A DNA stretch of 55,547 nt, counting the filler, from Piptocephalis cylindrospora (Eukaryota): the NCBI GenBank assembly GCA_003614145.1. It is 2 parts of 2 records of this genome, joined end to end, with 100 filler letters (N's around TTAATTAATTAA, not from the genome) between each part and the next. Parts side by side here need not be neighbours in the genome. Positions count along the whole stretch, not along the records: positions 1 to 27,742 come from KZ987764.1; 1 more part is not named here. One strand, 5' to 3'. A program made the translations under genes and the position numbers. Of this stretch, positions 1 to 10,358 are shown piece by piece. The notes under the pieces are model-generated. The model had not been told where the DNA came from and did not search any database. It saw only the letters and a program-made list of their open reading frames with translations. Positions within the stretch are counted from its first letter, which is position 1; every line of letters starts with the position of its first letter.

Positions 1-129
1 TTATCTCCCTTAGCTTCCTCTGCCTTAGAGGCTGATTGGACCAGGGTAGCCGCGGGGGCGGCGGCCGCCGCCCGGGCACTCTCCCGCTCCCCCCCCCTGC
101 CTTCTCTTTATGTCCAATTCACTTGTATC

Positions 130-130
<1 letters not shown>

Positions 131-160
<30 letters not shown>
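131..160. repeat. poly-C homopolymer (30 nt) in the NudE 5' flank
   Basis: 30 consecutive C visible. It inflates the spurious N-terminal extension of ORF 110..1447. Confidence 0.95.
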
Positions 161-373
161 TTTCTTGATCCGTCCTCTCTCTTTCCCCTTCCTCTCTTTT
201 TTCCTCCCTCTCTCCCCTCTCTGTTATTCCTCAACTGTCGTTTATTCTCTTTTTCTTCCTCCTTCCTCCTCTCCTGCACAGACCACGCAGCATCCTCTCC
301 TCCTCCTCCTCCTCCATTCAGACCAAGCCAAACCATACGCGCCCCCTTTCCCCCTTCTTCCCTTTATTCAAAC

Positions 374-1447
374 ATGTCCGACGGAAAGGAAGATTTCTTT
401 GAAGATGACTTTGACCTGGAAAACGTCGGTCCTTTTGAGACGACGGCCGAGGAGCTGGCCTTCTTCAAGGAAAGGGCTTTTGCCCTTCGGGAGGCCCTCC
501 TCCGATCCCAGGATGATTTTCGGCAGTACCAGACCGATTCTCGGGATTATGAGGATGAGCTGGAGAAGAATATCTCCCTCCTGGAGGAGCAGGTCAAGGA
601 ACTGAGGTCGGCCGTCAATGTCCTTCAATTGGAATCCGGTCACTGGAAGGACAAGTACCAAGAGGACAAGAAGGATGCCGCCTCCCAGCAGGAGACCCTT
701 CTTCGGGAGATTGACTTTCTCCGTACCGCCTCTCAAAAGTACAAGGATCAGACCCGCGAGCTCGAGCAGGACAATGATGACCTGGAGCGAAATGGTCGGG
801 TCGCTGCTTGTTCCCTTCAGGATGTTGAACTGCGCCTTATGCAGGCCCAGGAACGCAATGCATTCCTCGAGACCGAGCTGGAGATCAAGAACAAGCTCGT
901 CATCGTCGTCCAACGACTCAAGGATGAGTTGCGCGATCTTCAATTGGAGGTCTCCGTCTTACGGTCCAAGCGTACCAGTGGGTCCTTCAAGCGGAGGTCC
1001 GTCGGCGAGGGTCGGGACTCCACCTCCTCGGCCTCTGGTGGAGTCGATCCTGTTCGCATGGTCCAGGATATGCTTGGGAGGGTCAAGAGCTTGGAGGGTA
1101 GGCTCCAGAGCTGTCGGGGCCTAGTTACTCCCATGCTCGCCCCTCCTCCCTCCTATCATCGGGCTTCTGGGACGAATGGAACCTCCGGATCCACTGGCCC
1201 CCCTGGGTCCCAAACCTCCAAGCTTGCCGGAGGTGTTCCTCGTCCTCGGCCTCGTACCCATTCCTCATCCTCATCCGTCTCCCGACTTGAGGGTTCCATG
1301 CCTCCTGCCTCGGCTCGCCGCATGATGACCGGTTCGGGCATCCCCACGAGCCCAGGCTTCAAAGATGCTCGGACCCGGGAGAAGCGGAGTCAAAGCGTTC
1401 GTCTGGCTGAACTTCAACGACGAGCCAGTGGCAAGGTGATGCAATGA
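374..1447 (+). CDS. nudE: NudE/NDE1-like dynein regulator (coiled coil)
   Basis: N-terminal motif EEELAFFKER...FRQYQTDSRDYEDELEK, long coiled coil with RELEQDNDDLER and QRLKDELRDL, DPVRMVQDMLGRVKSLEGRLQSCR segment, S/P-rich tail. Start taken at ATG 374, after the pyrimidine tract. Confidence 0.88.
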   Translation: MSDGKEDFFEDDFDLENVGPFETTAEELAFFKERAFALREALLRSQDDFRQYQTDSRDYEDELEKNISLLEEQVKELRSAVNVLQLESGHWKDKYQEDKKDAASQQETLLREIDFLRTASQKYKDQTRELEQDNDDLERNGRVAACSLQDVELRLMQAQERNAFLETELEIKNKLVIVVQRLKDELRDLQLEVSVLRSKRTSGSFKRRSVGEGRDSTSSASGGVDPVRMVQDMLGRVKSLEGRLQSCRGLVTPMLAPPPSYHRASGTNGTSGSTGPPGSQTSKLAGGVPRPRPRTHSSSSSVSRLEGSMPPASARRMMTGSGIPTSPGFKDARTREKRSQSVRLAELQRRASGKVMQ

Positions 1448-2449
1448 GTGGACGAGTCAGAGACTGCGAGAAGGATATGTCCTTGCTAGGGAAGAGTCGG
1501 TGATATTGAGGAAGGAGAGAGAGCGCGCGTGTGTGTGTGTGTTGTTACTACGTTGGAGTAGGAGGATCCAAATGGGTCTAGGTTGAATGTCATCTACCCT
1601 AACAAACAGCAACCATGACCCTTCCCAGATGGGTTTAAGTGATGAGGGGAGAGGTGGGTGTTTCTTTTTCTTCTTCTTTTCCATCTTTTCCATCCGTACA
1701 TCAGTGCCATATCCAATTCATTTCCCTCCCTTCTCTTTCACATACGGTCTATGCACCGGTATGAATCATCACTTGAAGATCCTCTGTCTCTAAACACTAT
1801 CAGATAATTGCTCGTAGGAGGAGTATCATGCACTTGTCTCTAGCTCGATAGAGATGGATGGAACCATTTCACAGTCCCTCCCATCCGACTTCCAGACGAT
1901 AGGGGTAACACTTCTATAGTCCATACTCTCCTCAAGACGATCAGAGGACATGACAGTATTTTTAGGAATGGAAATAGACAGCCCTTCCAAGTCAGGTGTC
2001 CTTGCTTCTCTTCCTTAGCCGAGGCCCATTGGATCCTTCCATGTCAGGTGCCATTGACCGTTATTGCTAATCATGGTGCGCTTCCCAGATGCCCAAGACT
2101 CTCATTTCCCTTTGTCCCCTTGTGCTTCGCCCATCATCTATCACCCATTGAAACCCCGTGTCAAATACCCTTTTGCCAAAAGGGAAAGGGATAGCAATGA
2201 TGGATGAAAGGAGGGGACCAGACACACCCTCTCTTCCCTCTCGCCCCCCAGCGCTCATCACCATTCACTCATGGCCCCTTGAAGCGGTGGGAAAGGGATG
2301 CCAAGGCACTTGGCCTTAGAAGGCTGCTATGGTCAGTAGATCGATCTTTTGGAAACCTTGAGTGGATCTCTTGGGATGGATATAGCCTTACTCTTCATCG
2401 TGCTGGAGCAACACCTTCCTTCTCTTTCACCCTTGAGTTAAGCCCCTAT

Positions 2450-2814
2450 CGGAGTTTCAATACCTCGCTAAGATAGAACTGCCGCTATGCCAGACTGTCC
2501 TTTAGTGTTCATCGGAGTCGGAGTAAAGGTTTGGAATCCTACCAAGGGAGGAGGGTCAAGGAGCCAGTAAGAAATCTGTACACCTCAGTTTCCCCTTACC
2601 TCACACTCCCACATCCAGGGTCGGAGCCTGAAAATAGTTACCAACTAATCCATTCTCTCGCTTTCGGAGTATCATCAGCCTGGGCGGAGTGTCAGAGGAA
2701 AGAAAGCTCTGGTCAGAGGCGGAGTCTGAAAGTCCCTCTAGTCCCATTCTTCCGTCAACTCCAGGTATGCCAAGCCTATATAGCCTTCGCTGAGGATAAG
2801 CGGAGTGTCGGAGT
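2450..2814 (+). promoter_or_regulatory. homotypic cluster of CGGAGT motifs upstream of the secreted-peptide gene
   Basis: Exact CGGAGT at 2450, 2513, 2519, 2665, 2685, 2720, 2801 and 2809, plus CGGAGC at 2622, all on the same strand. Confidence 0.6.
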
Positions 2815-2930
2815 AGGAGAGTGAGTAAGGGGTCCCAGAAGCACTGTGTACCCAACCTCCTCATCTCCGACCCGCTCCCACCCTCTTCCATCCTCCCCAC
2901 TATTCTCCCACCAGACTAGGTCCTGATAAC

Positions 2931-2936
2931 TATAAA
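2931..2936 (+). promoter_or_regulatory. putative TATA box
   Basis: TATAAA followed by about 280 nt of C/T-rich leader and then ATG 3222. Confidence 0.55.
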
Positions 2937-3221
2937 GGCCAGCCCAACTGACCGCCTCTCTCCCACATCCCACTCTGGTCCCCTCATCCCACACATTCTC
3001 CACTTGCCTCACCCCCCTCCTCGCTCGATCCGACTCATCCCTCCTCTCCACACGTTCCACGTTCCACGCCCTTCCCTCTCGCTCATCCCTCCCTCCCCGC
3101 AAAATCCGCTCAAGAACATCGCTCAGTCTCCCCCTGCACGTCTCCCCTCCCTCCTTCATCGTTTAGATCCCATCCCCTCTCACATCTCCCTTTCCCTTTC
3201 CCGCATTTCCCCATCATCATC

Positions 3222-3779
3222 ATGCACATGAACACTTTTGCCATTGCCGTCGTCGCCCTTATCGGTGCTGTCTCTGTCAACGCCGCCCCTTCCCCCCAGG
3301 GTCCCGCTGATTTCCAAGCTCCTGCTGACCCCCAAGCCTTCAACAGCTTTGGGAACCCCCAGTTCCAGAAGCGTGACTTTGTCCCTCATGACTCTCAGCT
3401 CGAGAGGCGTGACTTTGAGCCTACCTTTGGCTACCCTCAGGATGCCCAGCTCGAGAGGCGCGGTATTCCTTACAATGAGGTTCCGTCTAACTCTCAGTTC
3501 CAGAAGCGGGCCTTCGAAGACGAGTTCTATCCTTCCGATGGCTTTGGTCCTGAGGAATTCGGCCCCGGAGGACCTTTCCTCGCCAAGCGCAGTTTCCCTG
3601 GCCCTGAGGACGCCTTCGTTCCCACTGGCCCTGCCCATCTCCAGAAGCGTAGTCCTATGGTCTATGGTGGTGGTGGTTTTGCTGGAGGTTATGGTGGCGG
3701 TTATGGTGGCGGTTATGGCCGTGTTCCCTGTGTCACGCCTCCCATCATGCGCCGTCCCTCCCCTATGCCTGCGTATTAG
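3222..3779 (+). CDS. secreted Kex2-processed repeat protein (KEP), peptide precursor
   Basis: Signal peptide MNTFAIAVVALIGAVSVNA (start could be ATG 3228). Six dibasic sites with a shared context: QFQKR, QLERR, QLERR, QFQKR, FLAKR, HLQKR. Gly/Tyr-rich C-terminal peptide. Confidence 0.85.
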   Translation: MHMNTFAIAVVALIGAVSVNAAPSPQGPADFQAPADPQAFNSFGNPQFQKRDFVPHDSQLERRDFEPTFGYPQDAQLERRGIPYNEVPSNSQFQKRAFEDEFYPSDGFGPEEFGPGGPFLAKRSFPGPEDAFVPTGPAHLQKRSPMVYGGGGFAGGYGGGYGGGYGRVPCVTPPIMRRPSPMPAY

Positions 3780-4105
3780 TGGGTGTTCTGATCAGCATGA
3801 TGATGATTTTGCATGGAAAGATGAAAGGAAAAAGATAGTGTTGGAGAAGGAGATGAAGTTGGTTCTCGGGGCTCATTTGTCCAGTCCGAGGCCAGTGTGC
3901 CCTTTCATACTGCCAAGCAGTGTTCGAGCACAATACAAGTTTCCCGCTTTTTCCTCTTCAGTCTTGCATCTTGTCTTTTACAATTGCCAAGCAGTATCCT
4001 GCTGATCATGTACCAGCAATTACAGTGAAAGGAGGCCGCCAACCAGCCAACCGACCATTCATTGATAAGATCGTCCATTATGTTGCTCGCACACTGTACA
4101 TCCTA

Positions 4106-4639
4106 TCACTCACCCTTCATGGATGGAGAGGACGACTCGATCCAGTCAGTGGGTGGGTCCTTGGACAGGACATCGGCCAACCTTGTCCAGGTTCGAAGGG
4201 TCCGGGCCATTGGGTCTAGCTCTAGATCAATAGGATGATCTTGACCCCAGATGCGCATACTACTCCATTGACCCGTCCCTCTCCAACGACGGCCCGTCTC
4301 CTCATTCTCTTGTCCCCTCTGGTAAACGGTGTCTTGGGTGTATATATGACCTTGATAGGAAGAGATGAGGGTGTGAAAACCTTGCTCATCCCCCCTCTAC
4401 TCCTGCTTACCTTGGTATCCTTCCGGAACTGGCAAGTCCTGTCCAAGAAGGCGTCGACCACGAAGACTTGCCTCCCAGCATTCTTGGGTCTCCCCTCCCT
4501 CCCGACGGCTCTGAATCTGTGCGGGCTGCTCTAGGAAGTACGAGCTTACCGGTGCTGAGCCCGACGCGTCAATTCGACATGGTAAAAGGTAGGGTTTGAG
4601 CTCTGGGGCCTCTGTGCTCTTTTCCAGGGTTGTTTTCAT
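4106..4639 (-). CDS. RNH203: ribonuclease H2 subunit C (2 exons: 4639-4411, 4350-4106)
   Basis: LLPCRI..G.APVSSYF and ASLRGRRLLG motifs. The spliced C-terminus MRIWGQDHPIDLELDPMARTLRTWTRLADVL matches the family. Intron GTAAGC..AAG. Confidence 0.8.
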
Positions 4640-4872
4640 CTTGAGTTGTACTTTTGGCGAGAAGAGGGAAGAGAAAGGAGGAGGATGCGTGGTTACCTTG
4701 ACCTTTAAAATCACGCTGTTGTTGTCACTTGTGCATTTTCGTTCGTGGCATGTAATATAATGTGATGTGTATTTGATGTCACAAGCATGACATTATCATC
4801 CTATAAATCTCCTGAATGATTTTACTCTCTTTGACCTGTATGCAGTAATCAATATCTCTTTTTCTCCTCCCT

Positions 4873-5769
4873 TCAATCTGTCCCAAGCTTCTCGCCCTTT
4901 CCCCATCGATGTCCCGATGAAGAGGGGGAGGAGGAGGCCGCCGTACGGGAAAAACGATCCCCGGATCCTAAAGCTCCACTTGAGCCAGCCACACCCCTGG
5001 CGGATGAGGCGCGAGCATTGAAAACCGTACCAAAGCCCGTGGATCCAGGGGCGCTTGTTCCTGCGGCCTCGTCCGGCAGGGCTCGTCGGAGGAAGCCTGG
5101 AGCAACCAACAGATTCGACCGAGCATGCTGGGTCCTGATCCATTCATACGCAAAAGCAGAGCCAATCCCAAGAAGCTGAGTGATTGGAAGGGAGCCCGAA
5201 AGGAGGAGCTCAAAAGCAACCAGAGCCCATGGTAGATATTGGGCCTAAAGAAGCGTGTCAATATCAGAATGATTCTCGCTCACCCGCAAAGGTTCTCTCC
5301 CTCATAAACACCTTACCTCAAATTGAAACCCAAAGTAAAATTGGACGATTTGGTTTCCTGCTCGACGGGACCAAAGGGTAATGATGGAGGTAAGCAGGGA
5401 TTGGGAAAGGACAGGGAGACCCAGGGCCAGAGATCCGGCCAGTGAGGAACCCGAGGTCAGGAGGAGGAACCAGGCATAGTCAGCGGGTCTGCCCTGGAAG
5501 GTCTGGGTCTCCAGTTCCATGGAGTATCGGTGAAGGAAGACCCCGGTGAAAAGAAGGCTGATATTGACCCCATGAAGAAAAAAAGTGGTAAGGAGCCTCC
5601 ATACTTCCAGATTCCCATACACTCGGGGCCAGAGTAGGAGCATCCGGTACGGACTGACCAATCCCACAGCTGGGACCAAGGTCACGGCCGCCGTCAGGGT
5701 CAGGAGGGTTCGAGTGATTCGAGGGATTTCAAAGTACTTTTCCCGGAAGGTTTGTACGGCTTGTTCCAT
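4873..5769 (-). CDS. Derlin (Der1/Dfm1 family) ERAD membrane protein with C-terminal SHP box (exons 5769-5317, 5244-4873)
   Basis: EIPRITR, EVWRLLTTFF, YSMELE...FQGRPADYAW and YLPW motifs. C-terminal HRWGKGEKLG is an SHP-type p97/Cdc48-binding box. Confidence 0.9.
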
Positions 5770-6086
5770 GATTAAGACGGACTGGGTGAAGCGAGGGAGG
5801 GGGAGATGGAGGAGGGTATGGATGAGCGTGGAATCCCTACGGTCCCGATGACTGGAGCGAGTCATCTATGGGCGAGGGAGTACAAGGAAAAGTGACCAAT
5901 TTGACCTGTATTTCAGATGGCTGGTTAATTTTCATGGATCTGCCAAGTCTGTGGGTAGTGCTGGGGGAAGGGGGCTTTTGGCGGAGAGGGAAAGGCTAGT
6001 GAGAAAGGCGTCTTTGTTCCCTAAATAACACCTTCACTTCTACACCCTTCATCCCTCCATTCCATCCCATCCAACACTTAAACAAT

Positions 6087-6550
6087 ATGCGTATGGTAAG
6101 TTTCTCTTCGTCCTAATTGTCACTCTCTATGACAAAAAGCCCACCTTATTCCTCCTCCTGCCCTAAAAGCTCGAAAAGGACGACGAGGTTGAGGTTGAAG
6201 TCCAGGCCCAGGATCAACAGGACATCAATGCCTTCTCCAGACACACTGCTAGACTTGCCGACTTGGAAGAGGAGTTGGAAAAGGCCAAGACAGAGAAAGA
6301 ATATCTGGAGGATCTCTCCACCGAGCTGGAGCTAGCCGACGAGGACGAGCCTGTTCGGTACCGCGTGGGCGATGCCTTTGTTCACCTCACCGTTGAGGAG
6401 GCTCAAGTCTCCCTGGAACGTGATCAGGCCAAGTGGGATGCTCGGGTGACTGAGCATGAGGCCGAGATCGATGGTATTCACGGGGACCTTTCCGCTCTCA
6501 AGTCTCGATTGTATGCCAAGTTTGGCAACGCCATTAATTTGGAAAAGTAA
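6087..6550 (+). CDS. GIM3: prefoldin subunit 4 (exons 6087-6095, 6170-6550)
   Basis: DQQDINAFSR, YRVGDAF and LKSRLYAKFGNAINLE are PFDN4 hallmarks. Intron GTAAGT..AAG. Confidence 0.92.
6101..6319 (+). repeat. left arm of a perfect 219-bp inverted duplication (partner 7079-7297)
   Basis: The reverse complement of 6101-6319 reads identical to 7079-7297. ORFs 6117..6335(+) and 6688..7281(-) share an identical N-terminus. Confidence 0.95.
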
Positions 6551-6665
6551 ACTTGGACTGAAGGGAGAGTGAGAGGACATAGCGTGGAATAAAAAACAAA
6601 TAAGACGTCGTGGATGCCGCTAGTCAATTCTTGTCCTGTTCTATATCATATCCTTCACGCTAGGA

Positions 6666-9222
6666 TCACCAGAGAAAGGTAGATCTCTCAATGATGCATC
6701 GTTCCCGGGCCTCGATCCATTCCTCCCGTCGACACCATTGCTCCGAGGTGCAATCCAATCGAGCTTGAACGCTCCCACCCTTCCAGGATAGGACGCGTGG
6801 ATCCATCTCCCGGGAAGAAGAGAGTACTCGGATGGTCGGTGTAGCCACGGTGGTGGAGGAGGTTGATGCGGCCTCTAGGGCCACCACAGCCTCGGAAAAC
6901 CACGGGGATGATGCTAATCTTTCCTCCAGGAGTTGACCAAACCCCGGAGTGAGACTCCCCCCGCCGACACAGAGGATATTCCCGTAGAGGCGCTTGGCTC
7001 TTTCCGGGCCTGCAGCCCGGATGCACCGACCGATGGCCTCCTCCACGGCCCAGGACCATGCTTTGTCCGGAGGATCGGGGAGAGATCCTCCAGATATTCT
7101 TTCTCTGTCTTGGCCTTTTCCAACTCCTCTTCCAAGTCGGCAAGTCTAGCAGTGTGTCTGGAGAAGGCATTGATGTCCTGTTGATCCTGGGCCTGGACTT
7201 CAACCTCAACCTCGTCGTCCTTTTCGAGCTTTTAGGGCAGGAGGAGGAATAAGGTGGGCTTTTTGTCATAGAGAGTGACAATTAGGACGAAGAGAAAAAA
7301 AAAAGAGAGAGAGGTGAAAAAGAAAAGCTCACCTTGATGGTTTGGTCCTCCATATCCACATCTTCCTCCTCGCCCTTGGATGGTGTAGCCCCCTCTCCCT
7401 CCTCCTCCACTTCTGTTCCCTCCTCATCCACCCCTTCCCCGTGAGTCTTAATGCGGTGGATTACATGGAGCATCTCTGGCACAAAGAAAAGAAGCATGGG
7501 AAGCATGACCTCGTCACACACCTTCAAGTGCCATTTCTTTGCTCCTCCCCCGGCGGGGGTACGAACCGTGGCCGAGGCTACTTGCATTCCTATCTCGGTC
7601 TCCCGGACGGTTCCAAGAGTCTCTTTAAGACCCTCCACCACCATCCACTCCCAGGGCCGGGTGAGACCCAGCCCCAGGTGAGGTGTGACTCCGGCATGCT
7701 GAAGAGTCGCAGCCATTAGCCGAGTCCCATCATCGCCTCCGTAGGGAAGGAGGAGGGCAGTGCCTGGAAGTACCAGACCATCCTCAACACACGCTACCGA
7801 TGTTGTCGTTGCCCCTACATCCAGGACACAGGCCGAGGAGGTACCAGCACCAAATGTGGCAGCCACCGATTCCATGGCCAAGAGGATTCCCGAAAAGCCC
7901 AGATCCTGGAGGAGAAGGTCAATAACTCGAGACAGATGGGCTCGATCCATACGCTCGTTTACCCCAAGTACCACACTGTACTCCTTTATGCTCTTCCGAT
8001 CAATACCCAGCGAAGCCTCCAGAGCCTGTTCCCAGATGCATCCCAGATCCCCGAGGGCTTCTGCCACCGAGGCGTACGTGTCCAAGTTTAGTCCACGGCC
8101 CGACCAAGGCCACCGCCTCACCCAGCCTTCCTCGGGGCCCTCAGCGACGTAGAGTGCCCGATTTCCCGTGATTACTTGGTCCTTTCCTCCTTCCCCTTGG
8201 CTCAAATGGGACCAGTCTATCCGATAAGGATCGTTTAGTTCTGGAATCATCTCTGGACTCGCGGAATTATTATAGGATCGGACCAGCGATAGAGCCTGAG
8301 GGTTGGGTCGGCGATGCGAAATGGCCTGACGCATGGCCAGGACATTCTGGGCTGCTGGGATGGCAGCAGCATATGGAGAACTTTCCTCCTCTTCGCTCTC
8401 CTCTTTCCCTTCCTTGTTCTCTTTGGCCTTGGATGCGACATGGGTCATATAGCGAACAATGACCTGAGGAACCGAATGAGGTAGAGTGTCGGAAGCAAGG
8501 CCTAGACGGAGGACACGGGAACCTGGGTGAAGAACGACGGTCTTTTGTGGGGATGGGGTCCCAAGGGTCTCAACCGGTTCGGTGGGTCGATAGCCTGATG
8601 CGGCCAGAAAGTAGGATCGATCTCCACGAAGATACTTGGACGCGGCTGGCCTCGAAGGTAATGGGGTTGGCGCGGGGGGGATTGTGGTAAAGCGCAGTTG
8701 AGGAAGATGTGTCGGGTCCAATGGAGGGGCTTTGGATGTTGTCGTCGGATTCTTGCCATTGACAGGGGCTGCGAAGGGCGAGGAGGATGGAGAGGGTGGC
8801 GATGCCAATGAATCCTCCCTTCCTTCATCCCTTCCTGAAGCTTCATCATCTTTTGGGGTATCAGAAATACTTTCAGAGCTAGGCTGGGCCATTCTGGAAG
8901 CAACCGCCTGGCCATTCATCTCCTTTTCGTCGGGCTGTTCAAACTCGCCTTCATTGGCCCATTCACCCACATCTTCCGGGTCATCCAGATCTTCCTGACT
9001 CTGAACCACCATTGTCTCTTTGGTGTGGTGTGGGCCTGGGAGAGGTTGGCTGGAGTCTCGCTCTTGGGAAGCGTTCGGGACATCCTCGGTCACTGCTGAC
9101 GTCTCTACCCCTTCGTCCATGCTCTTTACCTCGCCTTCATCCCCCTCTGACCCAGATTGTCTTTCCTCCTCATGCGTCTCCTGGTAAGACCTCTTTTGTG
9201 GAGTTTGTAACGCTGCGGGCAT
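6666..9222 (-). CDS. ARP8: actin-related protein 8 (INO80 complex), interrupted at 7079-7297 by the inverted prefoldin copy
   Basis: VVLHPGSRVLRLGLASD, ESVAATFGAG.SSACVLDVGA.TTSVACVEDG and YGGDD motifs. C-terminal piece 7078-6666 has NILCVGGG and MDPRVLSWKGG. Donor GTGAGC at 7332. Start at 9222 is inferred; the frame is open to 9468. Confidence 0.88.
7079..7297 (-). repeat. inverted copy of the prefoldin intron/exon 2 segment embedded in ARP8
   Basis: Identical to the reverse complement of 6101-6319. The junction lies in a TTTCTC tract of the ARP8 intron. Confidence 0.95.
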
Positions 9223-10358
9223 AAGGGTCAGAGAGGATGATTGAGTACAGTAGCGCTGATGTTGAAGAAGGGTAAAGACAAGGGGATTGTGTGTGCCGAG
9301 CCCTGTATTAACCATCAAGTTAGTGTTTTGTATGGAAGTTGTGGTCAATGTCTCTACCCTCATTGTCCTCCTGTGAGGGGGTTTGTATTGGTCTGTGAAG
9401 CGTGCTTGGCCGACATGGACTTGTCCTCTGGGCACACTGCACCAGCCCCCTCTTCGTGTGTAGGACATGTATGGTGGTAGGTGACAGAATATCCCATTTC
9501 CATCGGTCCATGGGTCAATCCTAATAAATACAAGAGGTCAATGCTCTTTTTTTGCAGATGCCCATCGAGTTTTGGTGATAGTGGCCTTCCCTCATCCCGG
9601 ATCCAAACCATCCTCTGCCTTCCCCTCCTTCCGTACAAGTCAATATACATACAAAGAAATCCCTTCATCTTCCTGTTAACTACAAATTGAGTCTACTAGC
9701 CTCTATGAAGACTTTATTTCTGTTCTGCATCTTGGAACAATGCCCCTCGTCCTACCCTTTGGACCCTCTCTAACCCATTCTCAATGAGGACAATGCTAGA
9801 TAGAGGATAGGGGAGAAAGTGCTTAGGATGCCCTCACTCTGAAAAGCCACACTATCCTCTGGAAATGTGTTGTTTTGGTTCTTGTATGCTAGGAAAAGAA
9901 CCTTCGTACATCTCCTCCCATCATACATGATAACTCTTTATCCTCGAGTTCCCATATAGGAAGGGTGTCAGCATTAATCATTCATCCTCATTTCTTGAAA
10001 TCCTTACTCTACATCGATTTAATTGAGCCCACATGAATGAATTGTTTCAACAGAGAACAATTGATACGTGCCAACTCCGACATTGACCCTTGTCCTTTCC
10101 TCACTAAGGTATGGATCCTGTCAAGAGCCATTGTAAGGGGCCGTCCGTGGCATATCCCGCCCAGCCTGCTTACATCGTCCTTTTCGGGAAGACCATTTGA
10201 CACTGTCCTTCTCTCCTGGGAGAGGGGAGCAAGAAGAGGCTCGTGCGAGCAGTCATTCCATTTCCTTTTTATTAAGGATTGGCCTTTCCTCGTTCTCCCC
10301 GGGTTTCTCGTCTTCTCATCCTTCCTCTCTTCCATTACCTCATCTTCCCTCATTTCCC

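Noticed and set aside
110..373. Poly-Pro N-terminal extension of the NudE ORF
   Set aside because: Translation of a poly-C and pyrimidine-rich leader; family similarity starts after ATG 374.
3660..3720. YGGGGF/YGGG resemblance to the opioid YGGF motif
   Set aside because: Not an exact motif and not directly after a cleavage site; GGGY repeats are common low-complexity sequence.
9223..9480. Open frame upstream of the ARP8 start and Cys-rich plus-strand ORF 9241..9480
   Set aside because: No recognisable similarity; most simply promoter or 5' UTR sequence.
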